The position numbers were made by a program, and so were the translations under genes. A model generated the notes under the pieces. It was not told the origin of the DNA. It did not search any database and saw nothing but the letters and a program-made list of their open reading frames with translations. Positions 39,073 to 47,444 of a stretch of DNA of 64,000 nt are shown one piece after another (within the stretch, counting starts at the first letter, position 1; each line of letters begins with the position of its first letter). The stretch is from an uncultured delta proteobacterium. Lineage in GTDB: Bacteria > Myxococcota_A > Polyangia > Polyangiales > Polyangiaceae. Location: NCBI GenBank assembly GCA_963850305.1, contig CAWKKR010000008.1:1056001-1120000 (forward strand). The letters are read 5' to 3'.

Positions 39073-40215
39073 ATGACCACCCCGGATGCCAGTCTTTCCG
39101 CAGGCTCTCCCGTGACCGCCCGATGGGCCGTGGCGTGCCGCGTGGCGGTGCTGTTCGCCGTTGCCGCAAGCGCCGCGCTCTACATCCAGTATCTGAACCC
39201 AGCCGAGGCGCCGTTCTGTGGTCTCTCCTCCGGCTGCGAAACCGTGCGCCGAAGCGTCGGTTATTTCTTCTCCAGCCGCTACTTCTCGATTCCGCTCGTC
39301 GGGCTCGTAGCCTTTGGTACCGTATTCTGGACGTCCCTCGCGTGGCCCCGCACGCGCATCACCCTGTGGCTCACGTCGATCGGCGCGATCTGCGCCATCG
39401 CGCTCGTCGGGGGGCAGGCCCTCTTCGTTCACGCGTTTTGCTGGCTCTGCCTCGTCGTCGACGTCTCGGCGATTCTCGCAGCCGCGTTTGCTGCCGCCCA
39501 CGACCGCAGCCTCTGCGCGGACCGTGAGTTTCCGGATCCGCTGCGGTTCGGAACGTGGATCCTCCTCGGAGTCCTGGCTGCGGCCCTGCCGGTGATCTGG
39601 ACGCACGTGAAGCCGGCCCCGGACGTTCCGTCGTCGATTCGCGCCGCGTACGTTGCCGGCAAGATCAACGTCCTCGAGTTTCAGGACTTCGAGTGTCCTT
39701 ACTGCCGGAAGCTCTCGCCTGTCCTGAAGCGTGCGCTCGAGAGCTACCCGAACGCACGCTTCGTTCGGGAACAATATCCTCTGTCGATTCACCCGGAGGC
39801 ACTTCCCGCCGCGAGGGCGGATGTTTGCGCCGCGGCGCAAGGCAAGGGGGAGGCGCTAGCCGATCGTCTCGTTCGGATCGATCTGTCGGAACCGATGATT
39901 CGACGCGCCGCGATCGGCGTCGGCGTCGACGCGGTGGCGTTCGACCGCTGCCTCGCCTCGAAGGTGCCCGACTCGGTCATCGACGCGAACAAGAAGCTCC
40001 TCGACGACGCGGGAATGGTCGGTCTGCCGACGACGTACATCCAGGGCAAGCGACTCCTCGGTGCCGTGTCGGAAGCGGCCGTTCGCGATGCTCTCGACAA
40101 GGCCGCCCGCGGCGAAACCAACTCGGGGATTCCGGCGACGGTGTACGTCCCGTTCGCGTTCGCGTTCCTGGGCCTGGTCGCGTGGCTCGGACGGACCAGG
40201 CGTGTCATGGTTTGA
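39073..40215 (+). CDS. VKOR-DsbA (thioredoxin) fusion membrane protein
   Basis: FCGLSSGC and FCWLC (VKOR cysteines); FQDFECPYC and GLPT (DsbA-like). Confidence 0.88.
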   Translation: MTTPDASLSAGSPVTARWAVACRVAVLFAVAASAALYIQYLNPAEAPFCGLSSGCETVRRSVGYFFSSRYFSIPLVGLVAFGTVFWTSLAWPRTRITLWLTSIGAICAIALVGGQALFVHAFCWLCLVVDVSAILAAAFAAAHDRSLCADREFPDPLRFGTWILLGVLAAALPVIWTHVKPAPDVPSSIRAAYVAGKINVLEFQDFECPYCRKLSPVLKRALESYPNARFVREQYPLSIHPEALPAARADVCAAAQGKGEALADRLVRIDLSEPMIRRAAIGVGVDAVAFDRCLASKVPDSVIDANKKLLDDAGMVGLPTTYIQGKRLLGAVSEAAVRDALDKAARGETNSGIPATVYVPFAFAFLGLVAWLGRTRRVMV

Positions 40216-40216
40216 G

Positions 40217-41347
40217 ATGAACGAGCGGAGTACGAATTCTCCGGACCGGGTCCCATTCGAGATCTTCCAGGAGCTCCCCAAGGCGGACCTACACGTCCAT
40301 CTGGACGGCTCACTGCGTCTCGAAACCATTCTCGAACTCGGCGACCGCTCGAGCGTTCGCTTGCCGGCAGACGACGTCGACGGGCTCCGCGATGCCATCG
40401 GATGCGGCCGCCAATTTGGTTCGCTCGTCGACTATCTGAAGGGCTTTGCCATCACCCTGCAGGTGATGCAGACGGAGTCGGCGCTGGAGCGGATCGCCTT
40501 CGAGCTCGCCGAAGACGCGCATCACGAAAACGTGCGCTACATGGAGGTCCGCTATTCGCCGATGCTTCACACCGAGCGCGGGCTCAAGCTCACCGCGGTC
40601 GTCGAAGCAGTGCTCGAGGGACTCGACCGCGCCGCGAAGACTTACGGAATTCGCAGCAACGTGATCCTGTGCGGCATCCGGAACATCTCTCCAGAATACT
40701 CCTACAAGATGGCGGAGCTCGCGGTTGCGTATAAAGGACGCGGCATCGTCGGTTTCGATCTCGCGGGAGCGGAAGCCGACAACCCGGCAAAGGATCACCG
40801 CGAAGCGTTCCATCTGGTGCGCGACAACAACATCAACTGTACGATCCACGCTGGCGAGGCTTACGGTCCGGCGTCGATCGCCCAGGCGTTACACGTCTGC
40901 GGCGCGCATCGAATCGGCCACGGCTGCCGGCTGATCGAGAGCGGCGACCTCGTGCATTACGTAAACGACCATCGAACGCCCCTCGAGTGCTGTCCGTCGA
41001 GCAACGTCCAGACGGGGGCCGTGAGAAACCTCGCGAGCCACCCGCTCAAGCTGTACTTCGATCTCGGAATCCGGGTGACGATCAACACGGACAATCGCCT
41101 CATCACCGATACGACCGTTTCCAAGGAACTATGGCTCGTCCACTCGCAGCTCGGCGTGCCGTTCCGCGATGTGAAGAGCATGGTGCTCGCCGGCTTCAAG
41201 TCGAGCTTTCTGCCTTTTCACGAAAAGCAGGTTTACCTGCGGCAGGTCGGCACGGAGCTCTCGCGATACGCGGACGATGGAACGGTCCTCGCCGAGCCGC
41301 CCCCGCGCGATCCTCGCGGGCATGCAGGTGCTTTGGTCAGAAGCTGA
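40217..41347 (+). CDS. add: Adenosine deaminase
   Basis: [43 protein letters not shown]. Confidence 0.93.
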   Translation: MNERSTNSPDRVPFEIFQELPKADLHVHLDGSLRLETILELGDRSSVRLPADDVDGLRDAIGCGRQFGSLVDYLKGFAITLQVMQTESALERIAFELAEDAHHENVRYMEVRYSPMLHTERGLKLTAVVEAVLEGLDRAAKTYGIRSNVILCGIRNISPEYSYKMAELAVAYKGRGIVGFDLAGAEADNPAKDHREAFHLVRDNNINCTIHAGEAYGPASIAQALHVCGAHRIGHGCRLIESGDLVHYVNDHRTPLECCPSSNVQTGAVRNLASHPLKLYFDLGIRVTINTDNRLITDTTVSKELWLVHSQLGVPFRDVKSMVLAGFKSSFLPFHEKQVYLRQVGTELSRYADDGTVLAEPPPRDPRGHAGALVRS

Positions 41348-42260
41348 TCCCCCCGCGCGGGTCGGGGGCACTTTCCTTTTCCAAGATCTCGATCGCCCGT
41401 TCGATGGCTTCGCTTTCGTCTTCGGGCAGCTGGATTAAAAACCGGATAAACAGGTCGCCGGTCTGATCCTTCCTTCGAACTCCGCGACCCTTCAAGCGGA
41501 CGACCTGGCCACTCTGGGCATGCTTTGGCACCTTCAACGCCACGTGGCCGTTCGGCGTGGGCACCGAGACTTTGCCGCCGCGATACGCTTCGGCGACAGT
41601 GATGGGCAGGTCCAAACGTAGGTCGAGTCCGTCGCGTTCGAAGTGATCGTGCGGCCGAACCCGTACCGTGATGAGAAGATCCCCGCGTTCCCGGCCCGAG
41701 CCTCCGACGCCGCCGTGAGACGCGACGCGGACGCGATCGCCGTCCGTCGCGCCCGCTGGGATGCGAACCTGGACGGCCTCGGAATCGACGGACAGCGGGA
41801 TCGTCGTGCCGCGAACAGCGTCGGCAAAGTCAATCGTGATCTCCCCGCTCAGATCGGCGCCTCGCGCCGGCCCTCGCCTTCTGCCGCCCACGCGACCGCC
41901 AAAGAGATCACCCATCAGATCTCCCAACCCGCCGGAGCCCGAAAAGATCTCGTCGAGGTTCATGGCGCGTCCGCCGCTTGAGGCGACACGACCGCCACCG
42001 TGGCGATAAGCGCGGGCGGCCTCGGCACGAAACCCCTCGCGCAGACTTTCTTCACCAAACTCGTCGTAGAGATCGCGCTTCTTCTTGTCGGAGAGGGTTT
42101 GATAGGCCCGATTCACCTCCTTGAAGCGCGCCTCCGCGGTCTTGTTGCCCGGGTTCTTGTCCGGGTGAAGCTGAGCCGCGAGCTTGCGGTACGCCTTCTT
42201 GATCGCGTCGGCGTTCGCGTTGCGATCGACGCCGAGCTCTTTGTAGAAGTCCGCGGGCAT
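41337..42260 (-). CDS. Class II DnaJ-family co-chaperone (CbpA-like)
   Basis: J domain with HPD, Gly-rich region, C-terminal domain, no zinc finger. Confidence 0.93.
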   Translation of the reverse strand: MPADFYKELGVDRNANADAIKKAYRKLAAQLHPDKNPGNKTAEARFKEVNRAYQTLSDKKKRDLYDEFGEESLREGFRAEAARAYRHGGGRVASSGGRAMNLDEIFSGSGGLGDLMGDLFGGRVGGRRRGPARGADLSGEITIDFADAVRGTTIPLSVDSEAVQVRIPAGATDGDRVRVASHGGVGGSGRERGDLLITVRVRPHDHFERDGLDLRLDLPITVAEAYRGGKVSVPTPNGHVALKVPKHAQSGQVVRLKGRGVRRKDQTGDLFIRFLIQLPEDESEAIERAIEILEKESAPDPRGGISF

Positions 42261-42266
42261 CTGAAA

Positions 42267-43139
42267 TCAATCTAAACCCTTCCGGGTCTTCCACACCAGG
42301 CGCGCGGAACCCTTCGGACGGCCAGCACCTTCAGCGCGGACGCCGCAACTCACCACGAGCGAGTCGGCCTCTCCGGCCGGCGGCGCATCGGTGAAATCTC
42401 GCGTCCACGTGATGTCCGAAAAGCCGTTGTAATGGAGCAGCGCTTCCATCTCCCGCGGGAAAAACTGCCGATGCGTGAGTGGAACGACCCAAGGCTCCGA
42501 ACCGTTCACCGGAGTGAACTCGAGATGCATTTTGAGAATCTGACCGAACGGATCGTAATCGAATCGCTCCGCGTAACGAACGACGCCTCGCGTGGGATGC
42601 CGAAACCGCGGCGCACCGTAGCGGCGGCCGGGGTCGGCGCGGAGGTAGTCCGGGTGCGGTACCGAGAAGTCGAAGACGAAACGACCGCCCGGTGCCAGGT
42701 GCGAACGAACACGCGATAGGAATTGCTCCACGTCCTTGCGCTGCGGCAAATGAAGAACCGTGTTGAAGGCCGCGATCACGAGTGGAAAGCGCCCTCGGAT
42801 CCGTGCGGTCCGCATGTCGCCCCGAACGGCGTGGACCCGGCCGCGTATCTGTGCAGGCTCGGCTCGAAGGCGCCTCCCGAGCCAGTCCAGCATCGGCGCG
42901 GAATGATCGACGCCCGTGACCGACAAGCCCGCGCGCGCGAGCGGGATCGCGATGCGACCCGTGCCGACGCCGTACTCGAGCACCGGACCCCCGGACAGCC
43001 GTCCGAGGCGGACGTAATGTGCCACATCGTCCAGACGATCCGCGTACGCTTGGTCGTAGTAGGCCGGATCGTCGTAATGCGCGAACGCGCCCGGATCGGC
43101 ACCACGGCGTTCGTCGGCGCGTGGCCTCCGGACCCTCAG
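42267..43139 (-). CDS. Class I SAM-dependent methyltransferase
   Basis: [36 protein letters not shown]. Start uncertain (possible CTG overlapping the rpoZ stop). Confidence 0.85.
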   Translation of the reverse strand: MRVRRPRADERRGADPGAFAHYDDPAYYDQAYADRLDDVAHYVRLGRLSGGPVLEYGVGTGRIAIPLARAGLSVTGVDHSAPMLDWLGRRLRAEPAQIRGRVHAVRGDMRTARIRGRFPLVIAAFNTVLHLPQRKDVEQFLSRVRSHLAPGGRFVFDFSVPHPDYLRADPGRRYGAPRFRHPTRGVVRYAERFDYDPFGQILKMHLEFTPVNGSEPWVVPLTHRQFFPREMEALLHYNGFSDITWTRDFTDAPPAGEADSLVVSCGVRAEGAGRPKGSARLVWKTRKGLD

Positions 43140-43378
43140 CTCGGGTTCTTGGCCTCGTACTCGTCGAGCCACTCCTGCACGATCTCTTGGCTGTCGCGGT
43201 GCCACCGTACGCGGCCTGCCGCGATCTCGCGCAGCGCGACGACCGCAGCCTTGTTGTCCGAGCGAACCAGCGGCGGCACGCCCTTCATCAGTTGGCGAGC
43301 GCGAAGCGCTGCCAGGACGACCAGCGCAAATCGGTTCTCCTCGTGATCCAGACAGTCTTCGACGGTGACGCGAGCCAT
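43136..43378 (-). CDS. rpoZ: RNA polymerase omega subunit
   Basis: [10 protein letters not shown]...[16 protein letters not shown]...[13 protein letters not shown]. Confidence 0.97.
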   Translation of the reverse strand: MARVTVEDCLDHEENRFALVVLAALRARQLMKGVPPLVRSDNKAAVVALREIAAGRVRWHRDSQEIVQEWLDEYEAKNPS

Positions 43379-43613
43379 GTGGGCGCGCAACCTAGCGGTT
43401 GAACCGCGGTCATGCAAGCCCGAGAGCCTCACTGATAATCGTTTCAGTAGCGAGATGCCCGAAGCCCGAAGCGGCAGGCTCGGCCGGATTCCGGTCGCCA
43501 ACTGCGAACCCTCGAGTGCGTGCCCTGCGCCCTGGAGGGCCGCCGCCGAATTCCTCTAGCTGGCCTGTCGCTTGGAAACTCCTGCTTCGGGCTTGCATCG
43601 ATGAAGTCCAGAC

Positions 43614-43628
43614 TTAGACAGTGTCTAG
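43614..43628. promoter_or_regulatory. 7-1-7 inverted repeat, candidate autoregulatory Fur/PerR-type box
   Basis: TTAGACA-G-TGTCTAG immediately before the Fur-family start codon. Confidence 0.55.
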
Positions 43629-43629
43629 T

Positions 43630-44085
43630 ATGGTGCTCGGGTCGCCCGACAGAGTCGCAGAAGGCAACCCTTCCGAGTTGCTGCGAAGGCATGGCATCCG
43701 GCCGTCGGCGCAGCGTCTCGCGGTCGCCGCATCTGTGTTGTTCACGGACGCGCATCCCTCCGCTGACGCAGTGTTCGAGGACGCCAGGTCCCGCCTGCCG
43801 ATGCTGTCGCGTGCGACCGTCTACAACACGCTGAACCTGTTCGTGGAGAAGGGACTCCTTCGCGCGCTGGATCTCGGCCCCGGTCGAATGGTGTTCGACC
43901 CGAAAGTCGATCGTCACCACCACTTCATCGACGAGGGCAGCGGGCGCATCCACGACATTCCGTGGACTGCAATCACCGTGGCGCGCGTCGAGTCGCTCGG
44001 AGGATTCGACGTGAGCGACTATCAGGTCGTGCTGCGAGGGCGAAAGCACCCCGAGAAAGCCAGATCGAACAAAAGGAGGCACTGA
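43630..44085 (+). CDS. Fur family regulator (PerR/Irr-like)
   Basis: GIRPSAQRLAV, HPSAD, SRATVYNTLNLF, HHHF; no CxxC pairs. Confidence 0.9.
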   Translation: MVLGSPDRVAEGNPSELLRRHGIRPSAQRLAVAASVLFTDAHPSADAVFEDARSRLPMLSRATVYNTLNLFVEKGLLRALDLGPGRMVFDPKVDRHHHFIDEGSGRIHDIPWTAITVARVESLGGFDVSDYQVVLRGRKHPEKARSNKRRH

Positions 44086-44624
44086 TGTTGACTGTTGCGA
44101 ATCGTTTTCCAGATTTTTCTCTACAAGCTGTCGTGAGTCGAGAACCCGGTAAGGAATTTTCGAGACTCACCCAGACGTCGTACCCCGGCAAATGGCTCGT
44201 CTTGTTCTTCTGGCCGATGGATTTCACGTTCGTCTGCCCGACGGAGATCGCCGAATTCGGGCGGCGTGCGAAGGATTTCGCCGATCGCGGCGCGCAGGTC
44301 CTCGGCGCAAGCACCGACACGGAATACGTGCACCTCGCGTGGCGTGAACACCATCCGGATCTGAAAAATCTCCCCTTCCCGATGCTCGCCGATACGAAGC
44401 GGGAGCTCTCGAACGCGCTGGGGATTCTGCATCCGGAGGCGGGCGTCGCGCTCCGAGCAACGTACCTCGTCGACCCAGCGGGCGTGATCCGGTTCGTCAG
44501 CGTGAACGATCTCGCCGTCGGACGCAGCGTGGACGAAGTCCTGCGGGGGCTCGATGCGCTCCAGACGGGCGAGCTTTGTCCCGTCAACTGGAACAAAGGC
44601 CAGAAGACCCTCTCCGCCGCGTGA
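44085..44624 (+). CDS. ahpC: Peroxiredoxin (2-Cys AhpC)
   Basis: FWPMDFTFVCPTEI, ALRATY, GELCPVNW; SD AAGGAGG; TGATG overlap with the regulator. Confidence 0.95.
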   Translation: MLTVANRFPDFSLQAVVSREPGKEFSRLTQTSYPGKWLVLFFWPMDFTFVCPTEIAEFGRRAKDFADRGAQVLGASTDTEYVHLAWREHHPDLKNLPFPMLADTKRELSNALGILHPEAGVALRATYLVDPAGVIRFVSVNDLAVGRSVDEVLRGLDALQTGELCPVNWNKGQKTLSAA

Positions 44625-44759
44625 GCTCGAGAAGCGGCCAGTCCACGCGGAGAAGAGTCGCGAGGTGCCGCCCGTCTCGCATCGCGAGACCTTCGAGATC
44701 GCGAGCTCGCGTTCGAGTGCTGTCGCAGGGTCCGGGGCTTTCGTGAGAGAGTCCCGCGC

Positions 44760-45572
44760 ATGAAGAAGGATGGAAAGGGGCGCACCGCGCTCGTCACGGG
44801 AGCGTCTGCGGGCATCGGGACGGCTCTCGCGAGGGTGTTCGCGAGGAATGGCTTCGACGTGGTGCTGACGGCTCGACGCGAGCACCGGCTCTCCGAAGTG
44901 GCGCGCGACCTGGAGAACGATTTCGGGGTGACGGCGTGCGTGATCGCGGCGGATCTCGCCGATCCAGGAGCTCCCGCCGCGCTGGCGTCGGACCTCGAGC
45001 GCCGGAAGATCGCGGTCGACGCGCTCGTCAACAACGCGGGCTACGGAGTCGCGGGCAGGTATCGGAACAGCCCGTGGGAAACACACGCCACCTTTCTTCG
45101 AGTGCTGGTGACGGCGGTTGCCGAACTGACGCACCGGTTCGAACCGGGCATGACTTCACGCGGGTACGGACGCATCATTAACGTCGCATCGCTTGCGGCT
45201 CTCGTTCCGGGTTCTGCCGGGCACACGCTATACGGCGCGTCGAAGGCGTTCCTCGTAAAATTCTCCGAGTCGCTGGCGCTCGAGCACCGGAAGGACGGGG
45301 TGCAGGTCTCCGCGCTGTGTCCGGGGTTCACGTACTCCGAGTTCCACGACGTGCTCGGGAATCGGAAGCTCGTCAGCCGGCTGCCCAAGTATATGTGGAT
45401 GGACGCGGAGACGGTGGCGCGCGAGGGCTACGACGCGGTGATGGCGGGACGCGTCCTGTGCGTGCCAGGCGTCGTGAATCAGACGATCGCCTCGGTCACG
45501 CGGCTGATTCCCGAACCGCTCGCGCTCCGATTGATGCAAGCGCAAGCAGCGCGGATCCGCGTCGCGGACTGA
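44760..45572 (+). CDS. Short-chain dehydrogenase/reductase
   Basis: TGASAGIG, NNAG, YGASK, LCPG. Confidence 0.93.
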   Translation: MKKDGKGRTALVTGASAGIGTALARVFARNGFDVVLTARREHRLSEVARDLENDFGVTACVIAADLADPGAPAALASDLERRKIAVDALVNNAGYGVAGRYRNSPWETHATFLRVLVTAVAELTHRFEPGMTSRGYGRIINVASLAALVPGSAGHTLYGASKAFLVKFSESLALEHRKDGVQVSALCPGFTYSEFHDVLGNRKLVSRLPKYMWMDAETVAREGYDAVMAGRVLCVPGVVNQTIASVTRLIPEPLALRLMQAQAARIRVAD

Positions 45573-45669
45573 GGGTCGCGGACGCACCGGAGGCGCCGCG
45601 GCCCACGCCCTGCAGGGCTGACTTTCCCGACGGACGCCTCGGGGGAACGCTTCTTGCTGCACCCTGGGG

Positions 45670-46569
45670 ATGGCGCATGCGCATCCGAAGGCGTTCGCCG
45701 CGCTGTGCGGCTTCGCCGCAGCGTTCATCGTCGCCGGGGCGAACGCTCAGACGCCGTCGGCCGCTGGGCCCGGGCCCGCCACGGCGACCCCGTCTGCCGT
45801 GGGGAATCCGCCAGATGCGCTCGCAGCGAGTGCTTTGCTGGAGAGCCTGTCGGCCGCGTCGTACGCGCGTGCCGCGTCGGCCTACTCCCTCTGGTGGGCC
45901 GCAAGCGCGGCGGAGAGCCGCGCCCGGGCGACGAGCGCCGAGACAATACCAAACCCAGCCGAGCCAGCCGCGCCGCCGAGCCCGCCACCGGCCGACATCT
46001 GGTATTCGAACAGCACGGATCCCGTGACGCCGTCGGCCGGACACCACTTCGGCATTTCGTACTACTCGAACACTGCGGACCCGAATCCGTACCGAGCCGA
46101 AACCGCGGGCAGCTTCGTGCCGAATCCGACGCCGCCCGCACCGACGGAAACGGAGGAACCTCCACCAGCGCCGTCGAGCGCTCCGAGCACCGCAGTGTCC
46201 GCCACGCCTCCGCCCACGGCCCCTTCAGCCGCCGCGCCGCTGCCCGCCGCTTCCACGACGGCAACGCCATCTCCGCCCGAAACGAATTCGAACACGAAGG
46301 CGCCGAGCGTCCCCACGTCACATCCCGCCGCGTCGAGCTCGACTCGAACGGCGGAACCCACACCGGTGACCGGGACGGCAAAAAACCCACGCCCGTCTCG
46401 GGTGTTGCGCCAGCTCGACGAAGGCTACGAAAATGTGAATCGGGTCCTCGTCGGCGTGACCGTGCTCACCGTGTTCGTCTTGACCGCGTGCGTACTCGCG
46501 GCGGCGGCAACGTTCGTCGCGGGCTTCGTGCTCCGGACGAAATGGCACGAACTGCGCGAGCGGAAGTGA
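45670..46569 (+). CDS. Secreted Pro/Ala/Thr-rich protein with C-terminal TM anchor
   Basis: Signal peptide ending ANA-Q, low-complexity linker, hydrophobic C-terminal helix and basic tail. Confidence 0.65.
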   Translation: MAHAHPKAFAALCGFAAAFIVAGANAQTPSAAGPGPATATPSAVGNPPDALAASALLESLSAASYARAASAYSLWWAASAAESRARATSAETIPNPAEPAAPPSPPPADIWYSNSTDPVTPSAGHHFGISYYSNTADPNPYRAETAGSFVPNPTPPAPTETEEPPPAPSSAPSTAVSATPPPTAPSAAAPLPAASTTATPSPPETNSNTKAPSVPTSHPAASSSTRTAEPTPVTGTAKNPRPSRVLRQLDEGYENVNRVLVGVTVLTVFVLTACVLAAAATFVAGFVLRTKWHELRERK

Positions 46570-46753
46570 ACGGGATCGCCGTCGGGGCGAGGGCGCGGCG
46601 CGCGGGCCGTGAATTCCCTCGCGAGGATTCGGGACGCCATGCTGTTCGGTCGCGCCGACGGCCGACGGCGGCCGGCGTGTTTCGCGAGAAAAAATAGCGC
46701 CGTCGGGGAAGCCGAGCGACGACGGATTTCACGCGATGTAAGCTCACGCTCTC

Positions 46754-47158
46754 GTGTCACCCCGCTGGATCTTCGATGATAGCCGCTCTCCGTTGATCGT
46801 GCTCCGCCTGCCGTCAGGGACCCAGGAGCCACCGGACCTTCCGGCGTTGTTCCGTGACGTGGAAGCGCTGTTCGAGACCAAGGGGCGTTACGTCGTGGTT
46901 CAGGACCTGACGTACGCGAACCCGGATGCCGGGCGACGGCGCATGACGGTCGACTGGCTCAAGCGAAATGCGGATCCCATCCGTGACCATATCGTTGCGC
47001 TCGGACTAGTCGCGCCAACCGCGGTCCAGCGCGGGCTCATCGTCGCGCTGAAGTGGTTCGTGACGCCCCTCATTCCGTTCGAGGGGTTCCCGGATTTTCG
47101 GTCCGCCCTCGAGTGGTCGAAAGAGAAAGCGCGCAACGCGGGGCTCGTCGTCAGATGA
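46754..47158 (+). CDS. Hypothetical protein (SpoIIAA/STAS-SEC14-like)
   Basis: YVVVQDLT...VALGLVAPTAVQRGLIVALKWF...F..FRSALEW pattern. Confidence 0.7.
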   Translation: MSPRWIFDDSRSPLIVLRLPSGTQEPPDLPALFRDVEALFETKGRYVVVQDLTYANPDAGRRRMTVDWLKRNADPIRDHIVALGLVAPTAVQRGLIVALKWFVTPLIPFEGFPDFRSALEWSKEKARNAGLVVR

Positions 47159-47444
47159 CGACGACGGCGGCGTTCGCCGTCGGAGTCCTCGGCACGACGC
47201 CGTCAATCGCTGCTCGCTGGTGCTTGCCCGTCGTGGGACGGACAACGCACGTCAGGCGCAGCTTCTCCTCGACCTCGGCCTTCGACTCGACCGTCCGGTG
47301 AGCGACCTTCTTCGGCGTGAACCCGAAGGAGGCGAACTCGGACTGGTCTCTCCGCAGCAAGCTCACGACCGCGAGGATCTCGTCGAGGACGGGCGTGATG
47401 TCGTCGCGAGCGGATGCGTCCGTGCCCAGGATGCACGGCCGGGG
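47151..47444 (-). pseudogene. Possible gene remnant without a good start
   Basis: Open frame with coding-like codons (DDITPVLDEILAVVSLL...FASFGFTPKK...TVESKAEVEEK) beginning right after the MMPL stop. Confidence 0.3.
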
